From: a virus
Taxonomy: Duplodnaviria; Caudoviricetes
Direction: 5' to 3' (one strand)
IMG/VR virus record: IMGVR_UViG_3300020409_000930
Coordinates: 1 to 46,056 of that record
Length of the DNA stretch: 46,056 nt
The position numbers and the translations under genes are program-made. Shown piece after piece: positions 18,589 to 27,974 of this stretch; position 1 is the stretch's first letter, and each line of letters begins with the position of its first letter. Below the pieces are notes generated by a model that saw nothing but the letters and a program-made list of their open reading frames with translations, was not told where the DNA came from and made no database searches.

Positions 18589-19731
18589 ATGGAAGATACA
18601 AAAACAACCAGCCTCTGTCATATATGCTATAGGCATTGTGTTGCAGAACGAGTAACTAAAGAAGACGGAATATTTCTAAATAAAACTTGTCCTGTGCATG
18701 GTGAATCCAGTTATCTAATTGAAACGGACAAAGATTTTTATAAGCAATTAGGATATGACCAATCTGGTTATAGTATACCTCAGGGAATAATGGTTGAAGT
18801 CACTGATAAATGTAACCTTAATTGCCCACATTGTTATCATGGTCCTGACAACAAAACTATCGATAAACCTATTGAACAAATACTGTGGCAAATAGAAAAT
18901 AGATTTGACGCCAATGCTGGCGCAGTGATACTCGCAGGTGCCGAACCAACTGTGAGAAAAGACTTACCAGAACTTATTCAAAGAACAAAAGTATTATTGA
19001 AAGAACTTAAAAGACCTGAAGATGTTTGTATTCTTACCAATGGTGTAAAACTATCTGATAGAAAATGGACAAAGATGATTGCTGAAGCAGGAACTAATAT
19101 GGTTATGATTGGAATGAATCATCATTCTTATCAGGGAGAGAAAGTGCATAAGAAACAATTACAGGCAATAGAAAATTGTATTGCAGAAGGTATATTTGTC
19201 TATTATGTAGGATACACTTTAGAGCATATAGACCATATGGAAGAAGTGCTAGAAGAAATACAGAGTTTAGGCAATCGTGCTTGGCAGTATAGAATTAGGG
19301 CAGGATCAGATATTGGAAGGTCACCCGATGAACCTCAATTCTTTTTAAGTGACCATGTAAAACTAATAAAAAGTATTTGTGATAAAAAAGGTTGGACTTG
19401 GGAAAAGAAACCTGCTGATGATAATTTGTATCATTACATGGTCAACATCAATGGCATCACACACAGAATTATACAATGGAGTGATCCTAAAACAATAGAC
19501 ATGGAACAATTAAAATGTGGTCCATGGTGTGACTTTGTTCCAGGTAAACCTGTTACAAATTTCTTGCATCAAATAATGTTGCGTGACGGACACGTCAACA
19601 AAGGACAACCATTGTACGACACCGTTCCTCCACAGTATCTTTTCAAACCTGAAAATATTGATTACGAAGTAAGTGAATGGACTTGGAAAAGTTGGGAAGA
19701 ATCAAAACAGAAACAAAGTTCTATTGTTTAA
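18589..19731 (+). CDS. Radical SAM protein with N-terminal Zn-ribbon-like motif
   Basis: SLCHIC...KTCPVHG; CNLNCPHC; AGAEPT; LTNG. Confidence 0.87.
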   Translation: MEDTKTTSLCHICYRHCVAERVTKEDGIFLNKTCPVHGESSYLIETDKDFYKQLGYDQSGYSIPQGIMVEVTDKCNLNCPHCYHGPDNKTIDKPIEQILWQIENRFDANAGAVILAGAEPTVRKDLPELIQRTKVLLKELKRPEDVCILTNGVKLSDRKWTKMIAEAGTNMVMIGMNHHSYQGEKVHKKQLQAIENCIAEGIFVYYVGYTLEHIDHMEEVLEEIQSLGNRAWQYRIRAGSDIGRSPDEPQFFLSDHVKLIKSICDKKGWTWEKKPADDNLYHYMVNINGITHRIIQWSDPKTIDMEQLKCGPWCDFVPGKPVTNFLHQIMLRDGHVNKGQPLYDTVPPQYLFKPENIDYEVSEWTWKSWEESKQKQSSIV

Positions 19732-20284
19732 GTTTATAATTTAATTTAGATACATCAACAGTCACACTCTGAAAATACATTGTTTCACAAAACAACATAT
19801 CTGAAATCCATTTAGACACAGCATCGGGATCCATTTTATCTCCCTCAAAATCTTCTGCCAGTCTTGTATCTGTCAATCCTAATATTACGTTTAGTATGTG
19901 TGGACCGTATTTTTGTATTCGATCTTCTATCATTTTGTTTTGTTGGCGTTTATTTTTGCCATATCTCTCTAAATCTATATTGACGTCATTGTAATTATAG
20001 CAGGCTTTGGAACTTATGTTTAATATCTTTTTATCCTTCTTGCCGTCCCATGCTTGTATGACTTCTTCCAATAACTTTGTTTGTCCTGAATATTCTGACC
20101 ATGCGTTGTTAACAAATACATCCACTTGATCTAATCCATCTAGTATTTGTTTTCTACCTTCAACGGTATTGATGTCATATCCTGTAGATAGGCTATAACC
20201 TTCTACATTGTGTCCTAAAGATTTAAAATGTTCGTAAAGACTCCTGCCAAGTCCTCTGGCGTGTCCCGTTATTCGGATATTCAT
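19721..20284 (-). CDS. Short-chain dehydrogenase/reductase-like protein (paralog of 15310-15870)
   Basis: ITGHARGLG, VFVNNA, NISS, YGKNK (YxxxK). Confidence 0.8.
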   Translation of the reverse strand: MNIRITGHARGLGRSLYEHFKSLGHNVEGYSLSTGYDINTVEGRKQILDGLDQVDVFVNNAWSEYSGQTKLLEEVIQAWDGKKDKKILNISSKACYNYNDVNIDLERYGKNKRQQNKMIEDRIQKYGPHILNVILGLTDTRLAEDFEGDKMDPDAVSKWISDMLFCETMYFQSVTVDVSKLNYKLKQ

Positions 20285-20293
20285 TGTAAGTTA

Positions 20294-21409
20294 TTAGATT
20301 AAGTTGCTCCAAGCACCGCCTTCGTAACCTTGGAATTTGTTTGTTGTCGTGTTGTACACAATCATTCCGTTAACGGCTGTAAGAGCATTTATGGCTGTCT
20401 GATCCATTCTACCTAACAATACCTCAGAAGCAAATTGACCATTACCGTTTACTTCTAGTTTTTTAGTTGGAGTACCAACATTGATACCCACGTTACCGTC
20501 TTTGTTAATAGTCATGAATTTTAATGTGCTACCATTGTCTGGAGTTGTGGCAAATAATAATTGTCCTGGAACAACACCTGCTGATACTGTTGCTGTCGAG
20601 TCAACTGATGCGTGTATGAATGAAGAAAGTCTGTATGCAGATCCATCGTAACCATAGAAGTTATGACCAAATATACCATCATCTGGATTTACCACTGTTG
20701 GCGTTACAATAGAACCTCTAGAAGTGAATGCTTCCATTGAGTTCAAAGTAGAGTTATTAGATGCATCTGAAAATACTGTCAATGCCATGTTGTTTGCATG
20801 GTCAGTTGAATTAATTGTAATACCTACACCGTTTGCAGAACTTGTTGTACCGAATGTTACTTTTGTGCCTGATTGTAATTGAACAACTCCGCCATCTAAT
20901 GCTATAACGCCGTTTGTCATAAAGTCTGAATCACCATCAATTCTTAATGATGAATCGCTACCAAACAATGAACCTTTTACATCACCAGTAACTGGTCCTG
21001 TGTGTGTTCCTGCTGAATTACCTGTTATGTTACCTGTAACGTCACCTGTTAGGTTTGCCGTAACCGTTCCTGCGTTTGCATTTACAACCACTGTTGAACT
21101 GTTTGATACAACGTTACCTGTGAATGAAGCCGCTTCTATTTCACCTGTTGCAACAATACCGTTAGTATGTAATGTTCTCCAAGCGGCACTTGGTGTTCCT
21201 AAATCTCTTGTGTTAGAAGCATCTGGAGTGATGTTTGAAGGTACACTCAAATACTGTGATGATAATGTAGTGTCTACTTGCACACCACCTACCGTTGAAC
21301 CGTCTCCAACGAATAGTTTTTTAGTGTCTGTAGTGAAGATAAGTTCACCTGCTAAAGGTGTAATTCCTTGTCTTTGTGCGTCTGTACCTCGTCTAATCTG
21401 TAATGCCAT
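20294..21409 (-). CDS. Tail fibre / virion structural protein
   Basis: N-terminal ALQIRRGT...GELIFTTDTKKLFVGDG (Mtd-N-like); G/T/S-rich GxxT repeats; GNVGI and GMIVYNTTTNKFQGY C-terminal motifs. Confidence 0.75.
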   Translation of the reverse strand: MALQIRRGTDAQRQGITPLAGELIFTTDTKKLFVGDGSTVGGVQVDTTLSSQYLSVPSNITPDASNTRDLGTPSAAWRTLHTNGIVATGEIEAASFTGNVVSNSSTVVVNANAGTVTANLTGDVTGNITGNSAGTHTGPVTGDVKGSLFGSDSSLRIDGDSDFMTNGVIALDGGVVQLQSGTKVTFGTTSSANGVGITINSTDHANNMALTVFSDASNNSTLNSMEAFTSRGSIVTPTVVNPDDGIFGHNFYGYDGSAYRLSSFIHASVDSTATVSAGVVPGQLLFATTPDNGSTLKFMTINKDGNVGINVGTPTKKLEVNGNGQFASEVLLGRMDQTAINALTAVNGMIVYNTTTNKFQGYEGGAWSNLI

Positions 21410-21420
21410 TTAAGTAATGC

Positions 21421-21443
21421 TCCTAATGTATGTAGTATTTATT
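21421..21443 (-). promoter_or_regulatory. Late-promoter-like AATAAATA upstream of AGGAG SD of the tail fibre gene
   Basis: Minus strand reads gaaTAAATActacatacattAGGAG. Confidence 0.55.
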
Positions 21444-21467
21444 CTACTTATATAATTGCTGGAGGCT

Positions 21468-21797
21468 TTATTTTCGCTTTTTAAGGAACGTTTTTGTGCG
21501 TTTTGTTATGTCTGCTTTGACCTTGTTAGTATCAAGCCTAAAATCAACGTTTTTGATATCGTCACCATAGGTTTTGAATAGGTCTCCTATGGTCTTTTCC
21601 AGTTCTTTATTAGTCATCTTTTGTCTGTTGGGTTTGAGCCTAATTTCCCAGTTTTTGCCATCTTTAAATGATACTTTAATAGACAGCAAATACTCTACAG
21701 GAATAGACTCTATGGATAAATCGCCGAATACTTCCGGCCAATGTTGCACCACTTCCTTAGGCAGTTTCTTTTTCGTAAATTTGACCACGACAGACAC
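21468..21797 (-). CDS. Hypothetical basic phage protein
   Basis: ORF in operon context, Lys-rich. Confidence 0.6.
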   Translation of the reverse strand: MSVVVKFTKKKLPKEVVQHWPEVFGDLSIESIPVEYLLSIKVSFKDGKNWEIRLKPNRQKMTNKELEKTIGDLFKTYGDDIKNVDFRLDTNKVKADITKRTKTFLKKRK

Positions 21798-21802
21798 TAG
21801 AC

Positions 21803-22363
21803 TTACTTAGACTTTTTTGTTGGTGATAACGCCTCTGCTTCTTTACGTAGCCTTGCCGCTTCTTTGTAAAAACGATCTGCGTTACTTCTCATTTGACCTG
21901 CTAGTTGTTCATCAGTTAAAGGTTGTGAAGGCGTATTTCTAGCCGTCTGTGATGATGCCACAGTTGTTGCCGTATCAGGTTTTACTGCAAGGTCATCAAT
22001 CGACACACCTCTTTGTTCTGCGATGATTTTATTCAGTTCATCCAATGCCACCGAATCAGTTGTAGTAGGTGTCATCATAACCGTATCAGTTGGAACCTTC
22101 TGCATAAAACCACCTTGGTGGAATTTTAATAACATACTTTGTCCATCTGGAGTTAAATTTCTACCTAAAACTTCATGTAATTCAAAAGCAGATTGACCTT
22201 GATTGGATTCGATTACTTTCATTAAAGCATCGTGATCCGCTGGTGCAATTTTTGACGTTTGAATAACAACTGCTGATTTACTGTCACCTGGAACTGTTCT
22301 ATAGACAACGGCAACTTTGTTACCATTACCTTTCATTTGCCCTACGTGTTTTATCTCAGCCAT
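21803..22363 (-). CDS. Conserved hypothetical phage protein
   Basis: ORF coupled by TAATG overlap; C-terminal coiled-coil-like segment. Confidence 0.7.
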   Translation of the reverse strand: MAEIKHVGQMKGNGNKVAVVYRTVPGDSKSAVVIQTSKIAPADHDALMKVIESNQGQSAFELHEVLGRNLTPDGQSMLLKFHQGGFMQKVPTDTVMMTPTTTDSVALDELNKIIAEQRGVSIDDLAVKPDTATTVASSQTARNTPSQPLTDEQLAGQMRSNADRFYKEAARLRKEAEALSPTKKSK

Positions 22364-22665
22364 TATTTTTTCTCCGCTTCTTTGTCACCTTCTGCAGGTG
22401 CTTTAGTGGCATCCTTTTGAGATTTTTCTACAATCTTTAGAAAGCCATCTAGTTTATTGTAAGTGGTACCCACTGCCGCCATTTCGTTGGCTTTGAAGGC
22501 TCCACGTTGACTTGCAACATCAATTATTGACCTAATCACCGTTAAGTCTTGTACAGTCAATTCTGCTCCGGCGCCGGCTTGTGCCTTTGCTTCTGCAGGT
22601 GCTTGACCTGTAACTTCTGCTGGTGTAGGAGATGTAACAGTCTTTGTTTTATTTTCTTCTGACAT
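22363..22665 (-). CDS. Conserved hypothetical phage protein
   Basis: AAGGAG SD, TAAATA upstream (22703-22708); LTVQDL...IIDVASQRGAFKANEM core. Confidence 0.7.
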   Translation of the reverse strand: MSEENKTKTVTSPTPAEVTGQAPAEAKAQAGAGAELTVQDLTVIRSIIDVASQRGAFKANEMAAVGTTYNKLDGFLKIVEKSQKDATKAPAEGDKEAEKK

Positions 22666-22705
22666 TTTAAAATGCTCCTTTATATTATTGTATATACAAA
22701 GGTAT

Positions 22706-22993
22706 TTAATGACGTTGGATGTAAGGACAACTAAGATTGAATATGGAAAGTTCTTTTGGATTTTCGAATGCTACCAAAAGATAATTTTTTATGGTACCGT
22801 GATTATCTACATCTAGATGTTTACCAATGTAATATCTACCTTTTAGGTTTTCCAAAATCCATTTTTCTATATGTTCATTTGTTTCTGTATGGTCAGTAGA
22901 TAATTTAAGAATTTGTAAACCGTCAGGCTTTTTGGTAAACTTTCTACAATCGAAAAAATTAAGTGAGTTTGGTTCTTTAGTTTTTGAAAACAT
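22706..22993 (-). CDS. Hypothetical phage protein
   Basis: TAATG-coupled to the VWA gene. Confidence 0.65.
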   Translation of the reverse strand: MFSKTKEPNSLNFFDCRKFTKKPDGLQILKLSTDHTETNEHIEKWILENLKGRYYIGKHLDVDNHGTIKNYLLVAFENPKELSIFNLSCPYIQRH

Positions 22994-24264
22994 TATCCAT
23001 CATAGTGCACCGTTGTACCAAAAGGTGCTTCCATATTTTTATCATGATGGTCGTTAATCAAAAACAAAGTATCACAGTATGAATCATCTCCCCAACTCTC
23101 CCAAGGATAACCATCTGTGAACATAATAAATTTCTTAGGTTGTATGTCGTTTTCTTTCATGTATTCAAAATTACAATCAAAATCTGTACCACCGCCACCT
23201 TGTATTTCATAACTTTGTAAATCACCTTCGTGCGGAGTAATGTCTTGTTCATTGTGTACCTCTGTATCAAAACACCATATTTTAATTTTGTAATCTCTGT
23301 ATTGATCCATAATACCTTGTACCTCACTTAAGAAGTCTTTTGTTTGTTCTTCTCTAATAGAACCTGAAGTGTCTATTGCAATAGCCAAATCAATTGTTTG
23401 TTCATTTAAAGTACCTGGCAGTATTACACCTGAATGCCAACCTTTTCTGCTTGGTCTCGCCCAACTATAATCATTTTTCAACACACTGTCTATCTGTTGC
23501 TGGAGCAATTCTCTCCAGTTCATTTTAGGTTCAGTAAATTGATCTATTATTCTTTTTACTGCTTCAGGTAAGTTTTCTTTACCTGCCGCTTGAGCGGATT
23601 GTATCATACTCTCTTTAATCTCATCTCTAATTTTATCCATTTCTGCTTTAGAGTAAGTAGGTTGTTTAGAACCTTTTTTATCTTTGTCTTTGCCTTTGCC
23701 AGCACCAGCACCTTGTTCCTTCTCCCAATCAATGTGCTCATCTAAAAGTTTACCTAACTTCTCCATTGCCTTTTTACCTTTTTTGTATATGTCATCATAT
23801 ACCGCTTCTGAAGACCAACCACTGTATTTGTAGTCTTGAAATATCTGTACGTCTTTAGGTTTCTCGCCAATGTTCTGATCCATCAATGTGTTGTTCACAA
23901 TATAGTCACAAGCGATGTTATGTAATTGAGGTTCTCTGTCCTCTCTTCTTTTCATGTGATCAAATACACAATGAAGTATTTCATGTGCAATAACAAATTC
24001 AATTTCTTTAGTAGTCATCTTGCTGAAGAATTGTGTGTTGTAGTATAAATGTCTACCATCAGTTGCGGCAGTTGGACACCAATCATCACACTCTTTTATG
24101 ATTAGTCTTGTTGCCATGTTGCCAAAGAAAGGATGTCTTAAAAGCAATCCAACTCTTGCAACAATAATTTTATCTAATACTTCTGCTCTAAGACTTTCTA
24201 ATTGTGCAGGAGTTAATTGTACTTCTTGTTCTGTTTGTTCTATTATGTCTGTTGTCATGTTCAT
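22993..24264 (-). CDS. HEXXH metallopeptidase-like plus VWA domain protein (DUF2201-like)
   Basis: TAATDG, AHEILH, IDTSGSI MIDAS, GGGGTDF, FTDGY. Confidence 0.85.
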   Translation of the reverse strand: MNMTTDIIEQTEQEVQLTPAQLESLRAEVLDKIIVARVGLLLRHPFFGNMATRLIIKECDDWCPTAATDGRHLYYNTQFFSKMTTKEIEFVIAHEILHCVFDHMKRREDREPQLHNIACDYIVNNTLMDQNIGEKPKDVQIFQDYKYSGWSSEAVYDDIYKKGKKAMEKLGKLLDEHIDWEKEQGAGAGKGKDKDKKGSKQPTYSKAEMDKIRDEIKESMIQSAQAAGKENLPEAVKRIIDQFTEPKMNWRELLQQQIDSVLKNDYSWARPSRKGWHSGVILPGTLNEQTIDLAIAIDTSGSIREEQTKDFLSEVQGIMDQYRDYKIKIWCFDTEVHNEQDITPHEGDLQSYEIQGGGGTDFDCNFEYMKENDIQPKKFIMFTDGYPWESWGDDSYCDTLFLINDHHDKNMEAPFGTTVHYDG

Positions 24265-24278
24265 AAATTCCTATTAGT

Positions 24279-24302
24279 GTAGGGCACCCTAAGATGCCCT
24301 AC
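24279..24302 (-). other. Stable intergenic RNA hairpin without U-tract
   Basis: Minus strand GUAGGGCAUC-UUAG-GGUGCCCUAC, 10-bp stem with one G-U pair. Confidence 0.65.
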
Positions 24303-24310
24303 TCAACACC

Positions 24311-25423
24311 TTAGTTAGTACTCTGTGCGGCAGTTATATACTTGCCGTATTTTTCGTGGAACTCATCAAAGCATTTGACTGCATCAGGATCAATAGGTAA
24401 TTGATACTGAGTTAATGCCATCTTGATACCCATAACAACAAGTTCTGTATCAAAATTGTCCATCATAAATCTAAGAAACTTGCTGACCTTGTCATTAAAC
24501 TTCTTATCTTTTTTGTCATTTGCTTCTTTCAGTTCATAACATAGCGAAACCGTAAGGGAGTACATTGCTGATATTTCTTTCGATTTCATTTCTGTTATTT
24601 TGCCTTCCAATATTTCGGAAGGATTAGGTAGTTCTGATGCTACCTTTCTATGAGCCATGAACTTAACCGCAAGTCCTTCGCCCACTGCACCACTGACTAA
24701 ATCAGTTACGGTGTTTTCATCTAAATCATCTGATAGCAATTCACTAACAAATGACCAAGATCTCGGAGTAGCAAATGACCTACTTGGTGACTTTGGATCA
24801 AAGTCATATAAGTCCTTTTTGCTAAAAGTCAAATATCCAACAACATCTTTGTGAATGTTGTTTTCAACTGCCCACTCAAACCAATCATCAAATTCTGGTT
24901 TCATTTCTAAGTGGATAAATCTATTAGCCAACGGAGCAGGCATTCTATATACAACACCTTTGTCTGCCTCCCTGTTACCAGCCGCACAAATTAATACGTT
25001 ATCTGGCAATTTGTATTGACCAACTTTTCTGTTTAGAATTAATTGATAAGCCGCCGCCTGTACACTAGGAGCCGCTGAATTCATTTCATCTAAAAACAAA
25101 ACAATATTTTTGTGTTTCTTCGCTTCTGCTGATGTTGGCAGTTCCGAAGGTTGTGCCCAAACCATATTATTTTCTTTCGAGTTAAAGTAAGGGATACCTT
25201 TAATATCTGTAGGCTCCCATAAACTTAATCTAATATCAATCACGTGTGCATCGATATTCTTTGCAATTTGGTGAATCACTTCCGATTTACCTATACCAGG
25301 GCCACCCCAAACAAATATAGGTCTTTTAATCTTCAGTGCGTGTAATATAGACGCTTTAGCCTTATTTGGCGATAATTGCCTAGTGCTTAAAGCATCTGTT
25401 TCTGTAGTTTTTCTTCTTGGCAT
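24311..25423 (-). CDS. MoxR/dynein-related AAA+ ATPase
   Basis: Walker A GGPGIGKS, Walker B LFLDE, AAGN, LANRF, TPRSW. Confidence 0.9.
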   Translation of the reverse strand: MPRRKTTETDALSTRQLSPNKAKASILHALKIKRPIFVWGGPGIGKSEVIHQIAKNIDAHVIDIRLSLWEPTDIKGIPYFNSKENNMVWAQPSELPTSAEAKKHKNIVLFLDEMNSAAPSVQAAAYQLILNRKVGQYKLPDNVLICAAGNREADKGVVYRMPAPLANRFIHLEMKPEFDDWFEWAVENNIHKDVVGYLTFSKKDLYDFDPKSPSRSFATPRSWSFVSELLSDDLDENTVTDLVSGAVGEGLAVKFMAHRKVASELPNPSEILEGKITEMKSKEISAMYSLTVSLCYELKEANDKKDKKFNDKVSKFLRFMMDNFDTELVVMGIKMALTQYQLPIDPDAVKCFDEFHEKYGKYITAAQSTN

Positions 25424-25457
25424 TTTGTACTCCGTTTTAAATTGTTGTTATAGTTTA

Positions 25458-25486
25458 ATAATATATTCTAGTACCAAAAAAGTCAA
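25458..25486 (-). promoter_or_regulatory. Sigma70-type promoter
   Basis: TTGACT-17 nt-TATTAT upstream of the AAA ATPase. Confidence 0.75.
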
Positions 25487-25543
25487 CCAGAAAGATTGGG
25501 CAAAAACGTCAATGATTATGCGGGTCATTTGCCCTGTGGATAA

Positions 25544-25933
25544 CTATTCTTGGTTTTCTAGGCGAGATAATGCTTTATTCAGACCGTATTTTCGTATATC
25601 TCCCGAAAATAACATCAATTCCATTGCTTTCTTTTCGTTGGTTACAATAACTCCATCGTCTGCTAGATAATATGGAGTGTCCAAATACTTGTCTAAAAAT
25701 ATAATCACTTGGGTGGTTAGGTTGAAATCATTCGGAAAAGGAACGTCGTATGTTTGTAATTCTAATTTTTCTTTGATGAATGTTATGCCATCATCTGTAA
25801 GTCGTAATCCACCGGTACCTTTTGACCTGCTGTTCTTCCACCACATTGGCATATACTCTTTCAGAGTGTTTTCACCAATTGCTATATTGGCACTTTTTAG
25901 GAAGATTTTAGTGTAGGTTTCTTTCCAGTTCAT
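25544..25933 (-). CDS. Conserved hypothetical phage protein
   Basis: WW.N.R....GLRLT..G motif; GTGA-type overlap with the upstream gene. Confidence 0.7.
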   Translation of the reverse strand: MNWKETYTKIFLKSANIAIGENTLKEYMPMWWKNSRSKGTGGLRLTDDGITFIKEKLELQTYDVPFPNDFNLTTQVIIFLDKYLDTPYYLADDGVIVTNEKKAMELMLFSGDIRKYGLNKALSRLENQE

Positions 25934-26220
25934 TTTTCACTTACAGTTTCACCTTGGGTTAATTTAACCACCGTGAATTCTGTAGTGTTGAATAGTGTAT
26001 TCAATTTCTTCGCTAGATTAAATGCGTGTCCAGGGTTTGAAAAACTAACCTTTTTGTATTTAGGTCCTGGGTAGTTGTTAAGCAAGTTTGCACTTTTCAG
26101 ATTGAACGGCTTGCCCTTATAGAACACTGCCCAAATTCCTTCAGCCGCTAGGATCTGTTCAGACTTGTAGTCTTTCTTATTTGTATACTCTAAAAGTACT
26201 GTTGGTTTAGGTCTACTCAT
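25930..26220 (-). CDS. Conserved hypothetical phage protein
   Basis: MSRPKP...YKKVSFSNPGHAFNLAKKLN; CGATAAATA upstream (26239-26247). Confidence 0.75.
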   Translation of the reverse strand: MSRPKPTVLLEYTNKKDYKSEQILAAEGIWAVFYKGKPFNLKSANLLNNYPGPKYKKVSFSNPGHAFNLAKKLNTLFNTTEFTVVKLTQGETVSEK

Positions 26221-26261
26221 AATTTGCTTATATATGAGTATTTATCGAATTTTAGGTTGTG

Positions 26262-26510
26262 TTATAGTTTACCGCCGTCTACTTGCACGTTTACAGTTTC
26301 TTCTTTGCCTGCTTCTTTCTGCTTATTATGGGTCATTAAAGCCTCATAATCCCCCGCTAGACGGGCCAGTACAGTGGCTAGGGTATATGTGATATGCTTG
26401 GCAGTATTGATGTCAATACGCACTTCTTTTTGGTTTCCTAGGTCGGCTCCTTTGACCTGTTCTATAAATCTTTGTAGACTGGCTGTGTTAAGTGGTTCTT
26501 TTGTTTGCAT
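26262..26510 (-). CDS. Hypothetical phage protein
   Basis: GGAG SD, operon context. Confidence 0.65.
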   Translation of the reverse strand: MQTKEPLNTASLQRFIEQVKGADLGNQKEVRIDINTAKHITYTLATVLARLAGDYEALMTHNKQKEAGKEETVNVQVDGGKL

Positions 26511-26982
26511 TTGCCAACTCCGTTTTCATTTCTAATATGGTTCTAAATGGTCCTTTAAATGGATACCTTTCCAGCGTCAATAGTTTTGGACAGTAACTTC
26601 TTACCCATCCTTTTTCAAACTTGATTATGTAGTATCCTGCACAATATAAACTTTTGGACTTTTTGCTTTTGTTGAATAAAGGTAATTTACGTTTTACATC
26701 GAATACCATATTGTAAGGAACAAATTTGCTTGGGTAATCATACACATCATTTTTCTCAGATTCAACTGGCCCTGGTGCAGATAAACTTGTACCCCACATC
26801 CAGTCACCTGTGAAACTTTGTTCTAGTGCTGTGACAGTATCAAATATTCTAGTTCCTGATTCGCAACTAAACATATATCTTCTGTCTTCCTGTTTACATA
26901 TTGTTCCTACCTTTTTGCCGTCTGATTCTAGTATCCAGAATCTATTTTCTAAAATAGGTTTTGCATATAACTTATTTGTCAT
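26488..26982 (-). CDS. Conserved hypothetical phage protein
   Basis: ATGA overlap with the nuclease gene; SKSLYCAGYY...CPK...GPF motif. Confidence 0.7.
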   Translation of the reverse strand: MTNKLYAKPILENRFWILESDGKKVGTICKQEDRRYMFSCESGTRIFDTVTALEQSFTGDWMWGTSLSAPGPVESEKNDVYDYPSKFVPYNMVFDVKRKLPLFNKSKKSKSLYCAGYYIIKFEKGWVRSYCPKLLTLERYPFKGPFRTILEMKTELANANKRTT

Positions 26983-27974
26983 GCCATTACCTCTTCTTTT
27001 TTATATTTTGCGTTTAATGGTTCAGCATAACTTTGAGGATACTCTGCAATCTTTTGCAAGTCCCATTTTGCACAAAATTTTATTAATTTAAGACCAACCT
27101 GTTCTACAGCCTTAGTTTTTGCACTTGCGACTGTTTCCTTTATAATTTCTTTTATTTCATCTGGCTGTGCAGACAAATCACATAGTGTTACGTTTCTTGT
27201 GTAGTCATCTATTACTCTGTGTTCAAATCCTTCATGGTCTACCCAACGTTGCAACATCATATTGTTCCAACTATATCCTTTTGAATTTCTATCTTCGAAT
27301 GCTTCTGTTAAACCTACTCTAGTTTTTGTGCCTTTTGTCCTTACTCCAGGAAAGGCTGAAAATACATTGTCAGCAGTATCGCCTCTCATACATTTTTCAA
27401 ATAATAACCATTGTGGATTTGGAGCAGGTCTATCTTCTCCTGTTTTCTTATCTTTCACTCTGTTACCTTTATCATCAAAGTATCCTTGATGTGTAATTGT
27501 AACTTCTTGAACTCCGTTGTATTGTGCAACATTAGGAGCAATCAATTGGGCGAAATCGCCATCTGTGCTTATAATAAAGTGATTATCATTAGGATGTGCT
27601 TGTACCCAACCTGCAATTAAATCATCTGCTTCTAATTTAGGATTTTGTAGAACTGTGCAATTAGTTTTCTGATCTATGAAATCTTTGAAGTTGTCAAATG
27701 TTTCCCAAAACACTTCGTCCTCTTCGATCTCTTTTTCTGTTCTGGCATCTCTTACATTTTTTCTGTTTCTTTTGTAAGGCTCATAAAAGTCTTTACGCCA
27801 ACTTCTACCTTCCAAACAAAATACAACGTGATCTCCTTTGAAGTCTTGCCATACTTTTCTAATGCTATTAAAGGTAATATGCAACGCCATACCTATCTTA
27901 CTGTCTAGATCGCTCTGTATAGCGAACTTGGATCTAAAGAAAGTGTTTGCAGTATCAACCAAAATATAGTTCAT
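26979..27974 (-). CDS. rnh: T4 RNase H-like 5'-3' exonuclease / flap endonuclease
   Basis: ILVDTAN, SWRK...YKRNR, EADD, STDGDFAQL, GDTADNV. Confidence 0.88.
   Translation of the reverse strand: MNYILVDTANTFFRSKFAIQSDLDSKIGMALHITFNSIRKVWQDFKGDHVVFCLEGRSWRKDFYEPYKRNRKNVRDARTEKEIEEDEVFWETFDNFKDFIDQKTNCTVLQNPKLEADDLIAGWVQAHPNDNHFIISTDGDFAQLIAPNVAQYNGVQEVTITHQGYFDDKGNRVKDKKTGEDRPAPNPQWLLFEKCMRGDTADNVFSAFPGVRTKGTKTRVGLTEAFEDRNSKGYSWNNMMLQRWVDHEGFEHRVIDDYTRNVTLCDLSAQPDEIKEIIKETVASAKTKAVEQVGLKLIKFCAKWDLQKIAEYPQSYAEPLNAKYKKEEVMA

Noticed and set aside
374-19731. RiPP cluster with precursor peptide
   Set aside because: No convincing short precursor ORF, RRE domain or exporter found; intergenic space is minimal
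20294-21409. Diversity-generating retroelement target (Mtd-N-like N-terminus)
   Set aside because: No reverse transcriptase or TR/VR repeat pair seen in the window; this N-terminal domain is common in ordinary fibres
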